Shown here piece by piece: positions 43,820 through 51,432 of a stretch of 64,000 bases of DNA. The notes under the pieces are model-generated. The model had not been told where the DNA came from. It made no database searches and was given only the letters and a program-made list of their open reading frames with translations. The position numbers and the translations under genes were made by a program. Position 1 is the stretch's first letter, and every line of letters begins with the position of its first letter. Origin of the DNA: a virus; the IMG/VR virus record IMGVR_UViG_3300045988_171124; one strand, written 5' to 3'.

Positions 43820-43936
43820 AAACATAAGAATGAAGAAAATAGTTTATGTCCATTTATTTGCAAAGGAACCAGATTTCTTGGTGTTGATTATAGAAAATAC
43901 GAAACAGATTTTTTAGAAGTGAAAGGATGATTATTT

Positions 43937-44734
43937 ATGGGTAAATTTAAAATTGGAGATAAGGTAATTGTAACTGAACATAAGGATAATATGTTAAACC
44001 CAGGTGTTTGTTCTAAAGATGTTTTTAATTTAATTGGAACAATATGTGATGTACATTGTATTACCTGGCCTGATAAAAGTATATTTTATGGAGTTAAATT
44101 TAAAGAATATATTGATGGACATGACTGTGATGGAAATTGTGAATACGGTTATGGACAGAATATAAATGAAAGATACTTAAAATTATACGATGAAAAGAAA
44201 AGCGAGGATAAAATTATGCAAAAAAAGAAATATGAAAAGAAACCTTTAGAGCAGCAGATTAAAGAGAAATACGAAAGTAAGAGAAACGTATTAAATGCAA
44301 GAATTGGATTTACAGATGGACACGAACAAACTTTAGTTCCTAAAAAAGTTTATCATGATTCAATGACTAGCACAATTGTAATTGATTTTGGAGATAGCGT
44401 TGGAAAAATTAAAGCAAAACCAATTGCAGATGATAAGTATGATCCAAGTGTAGCATTCAATATTATTACTGCAAAGGCAATTTATAAAAGGTTCAACTTT
44501 CCGTTTGAGTCTGATATGAGTTCTTTTGAAGCAAAAATAACTGCAAAATATTTATTACATAAAAATGCCGGTATTGCACTTGATAAATACGTAAAATATC
44601 TTAAAAATATGGTGCAGACATTTTTACAGGAGGATGCAGAATTAGAAAAGGCAGAACAGATTCGTAAAAATCAGAAAGCTAAAAACAGAATTCGAAAAGA
44701 AAGACAGAAACAGAAAAGACAGAATAGAAAATGA
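43937..44734 (+). CDS. hypothetical protein with basic C-terminal tail
   Basis: Track ORF; GAAAGGATGA SD. C-terminus RKNQKAKNRIRKERQKQKRQNRK. Confidence 0.65.
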   Translation: MGKFKIGDKVIVTEHKDNMLNPGVCSKDVFNLIGTICDVHCITWPDKSIFYGVKFKEYIDGHDCDGNCEYGYGQNINERYLKLYDEKKSEDKIMQKKKYEKKPLEQQIKEKYESKRNVLNARIGFTDGHEQTLVPKKVYHDSMTSTIVIDFGDSVGKIKAKPIADDKYDPSVAFNIITAKAIYKRFNFPFESDMSSFEAKITAKYLLHKNAGIALDKYVKYLKNMVQTFLQEDAELEKAEQIRKNQKAKNRIRKERQKQKRQNRK

Positions 44735-44763
44735 GATTAAATTAAATATTAAATAAGAAGAGT

Positions 44764-44798
44764 AGAGTGTCAGGTAATAAACTTGGCACTCTATTTTT
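44764..44798 (+). terminator. rho-independent terminator
   Basis: AGAGTGTCA (44764-44772) pairs with TGGCACTCT (44784-44792; one G-U), then ATTTTT. Confidence 0.65.
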
Positions 44799-44819
44799 AT
44801 ATAAGGTAGGTGAGAATAT

Positions 44820-45494
44820 ATGGATTATATAATTGGCAACGGAACACAATACTTAAATTGCGACAGTAACGGTAGATATCAGCTTTGTGGCAAGGGAATG
44901 GCAAAAATATTTACTGAAAAGGCAGCTAATGGATTTATAAAGCATACACCAAAGCAATTTAGAAAATATCATATGAAAATGTTTCCAGTGTGTGAAAAGT
45001 CTGAGTATGAGATTAAACAAGAGCAGATTTTGATGAAAGCAGAGAAACATGCTAAGAAAGCAGGTTATATTGTAAATGGAAATGAAAAAAAAGTAAAACA
45101 ATCAAAAAAATACGATCCTGATGTATGGATAAAAAAATTAAAAAATTGTAATGGTATAAAAACTGAAGCCCAAGAAAGACTTGCTTATTTATATAAAAAA
45201 TTAAGCATTATAGACCAGGCGCAAAATGTAATGTTACATATAATTGAAAACAATAATCACCCAAGTGCATTTCAAGGATATGATGAAAGAATGGATATTT
45301 TAAAAATTCGAGATAAAAGGAGAGATGTGAAAAATGAACTAGAGGTTGTATTGGCTATAGTTCACAGTGATGTGTCTTCAAAGTTATGTAACCAAGTAGA
45401 AAATATGACAGAAGGGTTAATCAATCCAAAGAATATTGATAAAAAATATTCTAAAGAAGTATTAGATGAACTTATAAAGGAATTTGATAAATAG
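44820..45494 (+). CDS. hypothetical protein
   Basis: Track ORF; TAGGTGAG SD. Confidence 0.65.
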   Translation: MDYIIGNGTQYLNCDSNGRYQLCGKGMAKIFTEKAANGFIKHTPKQFRKYHMKMFPVCEKSEYEIKQEQILMKAEKHAKKAGYIVNGNEKKVKQSKKYDPDVWIKKLKNCNGIKTEAQERLAYLYKKLSIIDQAQNVMLHIIENNNHPSAFQGYDERMDILKIRDKRRDVKNELEVVLAIVHSDVSSKLCNQVENMTEGLINPKNIDKKYSKEVLDELIKEFDK

Positions 45495-45505
45495 GAGTAA
45501 ATTGT

Positions 45506-46633
45506 ATGAAAGCATTCAGAGAAGGCAGACGAAATTTTAAACCTGATGAAATCGTATATGTAATTGATGATAGTTTAGATTGTCAATGCGATATTAGCGA
45601 TATTGGCGATATTATTCTGTATGGTAAAGTATCAAGCTATTGTGGATATGGAGAATACTATATTGATTTATATACCCCAATTGAAAGTATATTTACAGAT
45701 TATCTTATTACATTTTTAGATGATGACAGTATAAGAAAAGCTTTTAGAGAAGGATTCTTAATACCACGTTCATCAATTAAAGATTGGAAAAAATTACATC
45801 CTAATATGCCTACAGGCATACATGTACATAAAGATAAAATATTTTATACAAGTAATGAAGCTTTGGATGAAATTAACAGACAAAAGAAAATAGCTGAAAA
45901 AATAAAAGAACGTCACAGCCACATGACTGAAGAAGAAATTTGTATGGAAGAAGATACTGATTATCTGAAAAGACGTGGTCTATCTAAAAGCGAAATTAAA
46001 AAATATGTTTCATTAGTAAAAACTGCAGACTATCTTCCAGAGATTTATGATCTTTTAATAAGGGTACATGGAGATGAAGTCCAATGGAAAGATGAATCTG
46101 GATGGAAAACTCTTATGGAATTGAATAGACCTAAAAAAGTAGAAGAGGTTCATACAGAAAAATATTATATAAATGTATACCATATTTGTGACGCAGATAA
46201 AAAACCTATTCTAATAGGGTATACGAATTTGTCACCGGAATCTATATTTGAGATGTATGGTGATCCTAGAGAATATGTAATGAATATTGCAAATAAGCAA
46301 TGGAAAATTGAAGACGCATTGACCACTCCAATTAGATATAAAAATGAAATAACAAGAAATGAAAATGGAGAATTTGTTCCGTTATTTGTTACTCAGTATC
46401 AAATAGAAAAAGGAACATTTGAAATTGCGAATGGAAAACTTAGAAATTTTGATATAAGTATTGATTCAAAACATTCTATAAATCAATTTTGGATTTCAGT
46501 ATTATCCAATACATCATTAAATGACCAAGAGATTCGTGAATGGTTTTCAAAAAAGATTAAAAATATGGTTGGTGATTTTTTTGAATTATTTCAAGAAGAA
46601 ATTGAGAAGTTAGAAATAAGAAAAGATTTTTGA
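45506..46633 (+). CDS. hypothetical protein
   Basis: Track ORF, 375 aa; TAGGAG SD. Confidence 0.7.
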   Translation: MKAFREGRRNFKPDEIVYVIDDSLDCQCDISDIGDIILYGKVSSYCGYGEYYIDLYTPIESIFTDYLITFLDDDSIRKAFREGFLIPRSSIKDWKKLHPNMPTGIHVHKDKIFYTSNEALDEINRQKKIAEKIKERHSHMTEEEICMEEDTDYLKRRGLSKSEIKKYVSLVKTADYLPEIYDLLIRVHGDEVQWKDESGWKTLMELNRPKKVEEVHTEKYYINVYHICDADKKPILIGYTNLSPESIFEMYGDPREYVMNIANKQWKIEDALTTPIRYKNEITRNENGEFVPLFVTQYQIEKGTFEIANGKLRNFDISIDSKHSINQFWISVLSNTSLNDQEIREWFSKKIKNMVGDFFELFQEEIEKLEIRKDF

Positions 46634-46654
46634 AAGGTTAAATAAGGTGAAATT

Positions 46655-46951
46655 ATGTTTATTAGAACACAGGATGGAGATAAAATTATCAATCTAAATA
46701 ACGTAACAAATGTTCATTTTGGAAGAATAATTGATAACGGAAAACAGAAATATATATTGTACTTTGATAATTTTTCTGTGGGTGTATTCAAAAAACAGGA
46801 AGATGTTGAAAAAGTTCTAATGATGCTTGAAAGAAAAATTGGTGAAAGCTGCAAAGCACAAATTGTAGATGGTAATGGAGATGAACCACCTAAGATTATT
46901 TACTATGTAGATAGAATATTCAAGATTCCAGGAGAGGATGAATTGGTATGA
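46655..46951 (+). CDS. hypothetical protein
   Basis: Track ORF; TAAGGTGA SD. Confidence 0.65.
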   Translation: MFIRTQDGDKIINLNNVTNVHFGRIIDNGKQKYILYFDNFSVGVFKKQEDVEKVLMMLERKIGESCKAQIVDGNGDEPPKIIYYVDRIFKIPGEDELV

Positions 46952-47250
46952 AGAAACAATTATCTGCAAAAGACAAAGCATTTGAAAAAGAAAGAGCTGA
47001 GTTCAGAAAGCAAATCAGAGAATTAAACCATGAACTGAATTCAGTAAAAATTGAATTATACGACAAAATACATAGTATGCAAAGGAAACTTGATTCTAAA
47101 AATAATAAGATAAAAAATATGCAGATGGTAATTGATGAGTTGAAAAGATGTGCAAAATTATCTGATGATGAATTGAAAACTTTATTAGAAGCAAGAGAAT
47201 TTGATAAAAAGATATATGGTTTTTTTCTAAAATATTTAAAGAAGGTTTGA
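46948..47250 (+). CDS. coiled-coil hypothetical protein
   Basis: Track ORF; GGAGAGGATGA SD; ATGA overlap. Heptad-like charged sequence. Confidence 0.65.
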   Translation: MKKQLSAKDKAFEKERAEFRKQIRELNHELNSVKIELYDKIHSMQRKLDSKNNKIKNMQMVIDELKRCAKLSDDELKTLLEAREFDKKIYGFFLKYLKKV

Positions 47251-47251
47251 T

Positions 47252-47416
47252 ATGAGAAAGAATAGAGCAATCGTGTACATAATGATATGGATCTGTTGCA
47301 GTATTGTTACCGCAATATCTGTAGCAGCTACAAAGCAATATTGTTGTTTGACTACGATGGTAGTGCCGTTGGCATTTATATTAATGGATTATATGTTTTT
47401 TGGAGGTGGAAAATGA
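47252..47416 (+). CDS. small membrane protein (54 aa)
   Basis: Not in track. ATG 47252 lies 1 nt after the previous stop. Hydrophobic IVYIMIWICCSIVTAISVAA...VVPLAFILMDYMFF. Confidence 0.5.
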   Translation: MRKNRAIVYIMIWICCSIVTAISVAATKQYCCLTTMVVPLAFILMDYMFFGGGK

Positions 47417-47565
47417 GATCTATAGCATGTGCAATTATTAGTTTTGTTATTTTCTATATGGAAAATAATGTAAAAAGTACAGAAATAAAACTTAGGGCGA
47501 TTTATTTAATTGCATCTCATATATTTTTGATTGCTGCAATTATCTTAATGATGTTGGGAAGGTAG
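47413..47565 (+). CDS. small membrane protein (50 aa)
   Basis: Internal ATG of track ORF 47287..47565, preceded by TTGGAGGTGGAAA and overlapping the previous stop (ATGA). Sequence begins MRSIACAIISFVIFYM... Confidence 0.55.
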   Translation: MRSIACAIISFVIFYMENNVKSTEIKLRAIYLIASHIFLIAAIILMMLGR

Positions 47566-47570
47566 AAAAG

Positions 47571-47783
47571 ATGAGATTGATTAGTTCTAAGGAAATTTGG
47601 TACGAAGAAGAATGTGTTGAATACAATAACGAAGAAGAGTATAAAGAAGATCTTAATAAAAGAAAACAAGATCGTTGGAAGCAGATGAAAATACCTGATT
47701 TTGAGAATGGAAAGATGAAACTACTTCAAAAAAAGACAAACAAAGGATTTTGTCAATTTTATAGAAAATATCATAGAATGTAG
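47571..47783 (+). CDS. hypothetical protein
   Basis: Track ORF; GGAAGGTAG SD. Confidence 0.6.
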   Translation: MRLISSKEIWYEEECVEYNNEEEYKEDLNKRKQDRWKQMKIPDFENGKMKLLQKKTNKGFCQFYRKYHRM

Positions 47784-47799
47784 ATCGGAGATAGATTGG

Positions 47800-48132
47800 A
47801 TGATTAGTTCGGTAAATATATGTATATCGTGTGGAAAAGAGATGCCAGCATTTTACAAAGGTTGCTCGAAAACTTATGATCCGAAGTTCCATAAAAATAT
47901 TTATGTTTGTAGTAATAAGTGTAAAGAAAAATGGGAAAACCAATATTTTGTAGAAAAATATAAAGGAAATAATATTTACTGTATTGATGGTAAATATGTT
48001 CCATATTTAGATTGCTCATACTATTTCACTACATTAGAAGATTGTAAAAAGAGAATTGATAAACCACATATAGCTTATGTATCAAGAGAAGCATGGAGAA
48101 CATTTATAAGAGAGGAGTTTGGTAGCGATTGA
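47800..48132 (+). CDS. hypothetical Cys-rich protein
   Basis: Track ORF; CGGAGA upstream. Contains CISCGK...CSNKC. Confidence 0.6.
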   Translation: MISSVNICISCGKEMPAFYKGCSKTYDPKFHKNIYVCSNKCKEKWENQYFVEKYKGNNIYCIDGKYVPYLDCSYYFTTLEDCKKRIDKPHIAYVSREAWRTFIREEFGSD

Positions 48133-48695
48133 GAGATCCAAAGAGAATTGATAAATTTTGTGATGAAATTAAAAGAATATGGAAAGACAATGTTCCAGAT
48201 TGGAGATTTGGGCAGCTGATAAGTAATTTTGAATACTGGCTTAAAGGTAAGGGAATTGATATGTTCTTTCCGGAAGAAAAAGAAATGCTTAGATTATTTA
48301 AAGAATTTCTTGGCGTAAATGATACAGGAAATGAAAAAAAGATATGGGACGAAATGATGTTTTGTTCGCCACTTGATTTCAAAGATCTTGATGGAAATAA
48401 ATATGACCAATGGCCAGAGGGTGTCATTTATACTCCTGGAATAAAATTAACTGGAATATTAAAAAAGAAAGCGAGAACAAATTATTGTGGAGTGACTACA
48501 AAAGATGCAAAAAAGATAATTGACAATATATCTGATAAGCGAAAACAAAATGTAAAAGTTGTTATTGGAAATAGAGCAGAAGTCTGTGATGCAATTTTAT
48601 ATATTATCAAATCTAATTACGGATTAATTGTATCTGTCGATGATGCTGAAGAAATTAAATTCTGTGAAGAACTTTTTGAAAAGGCAACAACTTAA
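48129..48695 (+). CDS. hypothetical protein
   Basis: Track ORF; TTG start overlapping the previous TGA. Confidence 0.6.
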   Translation: MRDPKRIDKFCDEIKRIWKDNVPDWRFGQLISNFEYWLKGKGIDMFFPEEKEMLRLFKEFLGVNDTGNEKKIWDEMMFCSPLDFKDLDGNKYDQWPEGVIYTPGIKLTGILKKKARTNYCGVTTKDAKKIIDNISDKRKQNVKVVIGNRAEVCDAILYIIKSNYGLIVSVDDAEEIKFCEELFEKATT

Positions 48696-48742
48696 AATTG
48701 GAGTTTTATCGGGTGAATAATTTTATAAAAGGAGAATGGAAA

Positions 48743-48910
48743 ATGAGTAATTTAGTTATTAAAAAATATGATTGCCAAAAATGTGTAAAAGATAACTGGT
48801 GTGATTATAAGAAATATCAGGATAAATTTGAAAGCAATGTAGAAGAGCAGTTTAGAGATAAAAATGAGGTAATGTTTGAAATAAGCTGTAAGTTCTATGA
48901 AGAGGCATAA
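48743..48910 (+). CDS. small hypothetical protein
   Basis: Track ORF 48698..48910 trimmed to ATG 48743 after AAAGGAGA. Confidence 0.55.
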   Translation: MSNLVIKKYDCQKCVKDNWCDYKKYQDKFESNVEEQFRDKNEVMFEISCKFYEEA

Positions 48911-49000
48911 GTTGAATTTCTGGAATAAGTGATAATGAAAAATGGAAGTAATGAATGTGAGGTGATGATAGATATGATTGATTGAGATTTAAATAAAAAT

Positions 49001-49304
49001 GTTGTTTATTACAAAATATAAATTAATAGGTATACAAAACGATAGGATTACAAAAGAGTATATCATTGATGTTTTGTAACCATGTAAATTAAGAGGTATA
49101 CAAAACGGTCATACTGAAGAAGTAAATGAAAAATATGTTTTGTAACCATGTAAATTAAGAGGTATACAAAACCAGAGAGTTACCATCCTTTGCTTGTCCC
49201 TTGTTTTGTAACCATGTAAATTAAGAGGTATACAAAACACTGAGCTGGACAGGGCAGAACAGGAGCGAGTTTTGTAACCATGTAAATTAAGAGGTATACA
49301 AAAC
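49001..49304 (+). CRISPR. mini-CRISPR array: 4 identical 36-nt repeats plus 1 degenerate repeat, 4 spacers of 30 nt
   Basis: GTTTTGTAACCATGTAAATTAAGAGGTATACAAAAC at 49071-49106, 49137-49172, 49203-49238 and 49269-49304. A degenerate 40-nt copy sits at 49001-49040 (last 22 nt match 21/22). Unique 30-nt spacers at 49041-49070, 49107-49136, 49173-49202 and 49239-49268. Confidence 0.9.
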
Positions 49305-49548
49305 CTCAAAGTATAGTTTTATACCTCTTATTTTAAGGCACTTCTATGAAATAGACTAAGAGAAATCTACGTTATAAAAAGATAATATGTTATGGTGTCG
49401 CTCTAGCTGTAATTATATCGTTTGTACCTAAACATACACTGTGCCGAACATGATTGGTGTAAGTGATACAAACATGTAACTTTTTATAACATTGTCGAAG
49501 AGCATGACCAATTTTAAATTGAGATTATATTATAAAGGAAATAAAAAT
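49305..49548 (+). ncRNA. candidate anti-repeat plus omega-RNA/tracrRNA-like scaffold between array and iscB
   Basis: GTTTTATACCTCTTA (49316-49330) is complementary to the 3' part of the repeat (TAAGAGGTATACAAAAC). The remaining ~220 nt are ORF-free, contain long-range complementarity (GTTTGTA ... TACAAAC), and end at the iscB start. Boundaries and strand are inferred, not demonstrated. Confidence 0.5.
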
Positions 49549-51288
49549 ATGAATTATATGGATTTTGTATTAATTGTGGATAAAAATAATAAACCATGCA
49601 TACCAATAAAAAATGGTAAAGCAGGTTATTTATTAAGAGAACATAAAGCAGAAATTATAAATCACGAGCCATTAGTTATCAAAAGAACTGATGATTATAA
49701 TTCGGATTTAGAAAATAGAGATATATTTGAATTAAAAGTAGATAGTGGATATTTAAATATCGGATTTTCCGTAAGCGATAATGAGCATGAATATATTGCA
49801 GGTCAAGTTGAAATGCTAAACGGAATGAGTAATAGATTGTTAGAAAGAAAATCTATGCGTAGTTCCAGAAGAAATCGTTTACGTTATAGAAAAAATAAGA
49901 ACATTGATTATAAAACAGTACATAATCCTACATATAAAAATGGAAATGAAGATGGATGGTTTGCACCGTCTATTGTACATAAAATGGAAACGCATATCAG
50001 AATCATTGAGCAATTAAAACAATGGGTCCCAATCGATAAAGTTATTGTAGAGGTGGCAAATTTTGACATTGCTGCAATGGATGCATATTTAAAGGACGGA
50101 ACTATTTTAAATGGAAAAGATTATCAAAATGGTGAAATGAAAGGATATGAGAATGTTGTATCTTATGTAAGAGCCAGAGATAATTATTCTTGTTACTTTT
50201 GCAATAAGAAAAAGAAAAAAGATGGTACACTAAAAGAGAAACCAAAAAGAATAGAAGTACACCATAAAATTCCAAGATCCTGGGGAGGTACTAATAATCC
50301 AGGAAATTTAATTTGCGTATGTCAAGGATGTCATCAGAAAATACATTCGAATAATAATAACAACAAATATTTTAAAGAATTATTAGAACAAGCTTTACAA
50401 GAAAATACATTTAAAGATTCTACATATATGAATATTGTTAGATGGGAATTATTAAACAGACTTACTGAAAAATATCCAGAGTTTGATATTGAAGCTGAAT
50501 ATGGTTATAACACAAAAATTAATAGAAAAGAAGCAGGTTTGAGAAAATTCCATTATAATGATGCAGTTTGTATAAAAGAATTTAAGAATACAACTTTATC
50601 TAAAAAAGTATTTATTGTCGAACAAAAGCGTTGTAATGATAGAAAAATGGAAAATTTTGCAGATGCTAAATATATAGATTCAAGAGATGGTAAAAAGAAA
50701 AGTGGAAATGATTTAAAAGTAATTAGGCATAGTACTAAATCAAAACGTTCTACAAACAAAGAACATATTGATAATGAAAGAGTCTTTAGAAAAGAGAAAG
50801 TATCTAAAGGTAAAATACAATTTGAGTGTCATTCATATTGCGTAAAACCAGGAGATTTAATATACATAAAAGAAGGTAAACATAAAGGGAAAATTGCAGA
50901 AGTTTCTACAATACAGATTGTAGGCGGAAAAATTCCTAATCCGATAATTGATATTAATGAGATAAATAATAAAAAAATTGATTTCAACAGAGAGTTGAAA
51001 AAAAGAAAAACAATTTCTAATATGACTGATTATCAAAAGAGTTTTGCAAAATATCAAATTAGATTTACATATAAAGAATCTGATGCAGATGGACCATCTA
51101 TAACGCTTACGCAAAAAGAATATGAAAAGCTTAAAGAAAATAAATCAGATAGAGTAAAAATTATTCGTACCAGACGTGGATTAGTTTGGAGAGAGTACGA
51201 CAGACTTACATATGAAGCTGAAAATATGGATCAGGAAGAAAAGAAGTTAGAAGTAAAAAATAAGAAACAAGAATTAAAAGCTGCATAA
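49549..51288 (+). CDS. iscB: IscB-type RNA-guided nuclease (PLMP-RuvC-bridge helix-HNH-RuvC), CRISPR-associated
   Basis: Track ORF 49492..51288 trimmed to ATG 49549 after AAAGGA. PLMP-like N-terminus NKPCIPIKNGKAGYLLREHKAEII. RuvC-I ELKVDSGYLNIGFSV. Arg-rich helix RKSMRSSRRNRLRYRKNK. GWFAPSIVHK. RuvC-II VIVEVANFD. HNH CYFC...HHKIPRSWGGTNNPGNLICVCQGCHQKIH. RuvC-III HYNDAVCI. No REC-size insertion. About 580 aa. Confidence 0.8.
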   Translation: MNYMDFVLIVDKNNKPCIPIKNGKAGYLLREHKAEIINHEPLVIKRTDDYNSDLENRDIFELKVDSGYLNIGFSVSDNEHEYIAGQVEMLNGMSNRLLERKSMRSSRRNRLRYRKNKNIDYKTVHNPTYKNGNEDGWFAPSIVHKMETHIRIIEQLKQWVPIDKVIVEVANFDIAAMDAYLKDGTILNGKDYQNGEMKGYENVVSYVRARDNYSCYFCNKKKKKDGTLKEKPKRIEVHHKIPRSWGGTNNPGNLICVCQGCHQKIHSNNNNNKYFKELLEQALQENTFKDSTYMNIVRWELLNRLTEKYPEFDIEAEYGYNTKINRKEAGLRKFHYNDAVCIKEFKNTTLSKKVFIVEQKRCNDRKMENFADAKYIDSRDGKKKSGNDLKVIRHSTKSKRSTNKEHIDNERVFRKEKVSKGKIQFECHSYCVKPGDLIYIKEGKHKGKIAEVSTIQIVGGKIPNPIIDINEINNKKIDFNRELKKRKTISNMTDYQKSFAKYQIRFTYKESDADGPSITLTQKEYEKLKENKSDRVKIIRTRRGLVWREYDRLTYEAENMDQEEKKLEVKNKKQELKAA

Positions 51289-51296
51289 AAAAGGAG

Positions 51297-51431
51297 ATGA
51301 TCATTATAGACTCAGAAGAGAAAAATACTCAACAGTCCATTCTGCGTAAACACTTCGAGATGCTGTATCCAGAGAAGCTTAAGGATGATGAATGGATAAG
51401 ACTGGTTGGAGTAAGGAAAGGTGTTTATTAA
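51297..51431 (+). CDS. questionable small ORF (44 aa), locally GC-richer
   Basis: ATG 51297 directly abuts AAGGAG (poor spacing). It ends 1 nt before the GIY-YIG start. Confidence 0.3.
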   Translation: MIIIDSEEKNTQQSILRKHFEMLYPEKLKDDEWIRLVGVRKGVY

Positions 51432-51432
51432 A

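Noticed and set aside
47287-47565. Single 92-aa ORF as listed in the track
   Set aside because: It is better explained as two small membrane genes (47252-47416 and 47413-47565). Each has its own SD, and they are joined by an ATGA overlap.
49109-49309. Reverse-strand 66-aa ORF (MRFCIPLNLHGYKT...)
   Set aside because: It is an artefact of translating the CRISPR repeats. The peptide FCIPLNLHGYKT repeats three times, matching the repeat period.
49549-51288. Calling the nuclease a small Cas9 (type II)
   Set aside because: At ~580 aa it has only about 45 residues between the Arg-rich helix and RuvC-II, so there is no REC lobe. It has a PLMP-like N-terminal domain, and there are no cas1/cas2. This architecture fits IscB, not Cas9.
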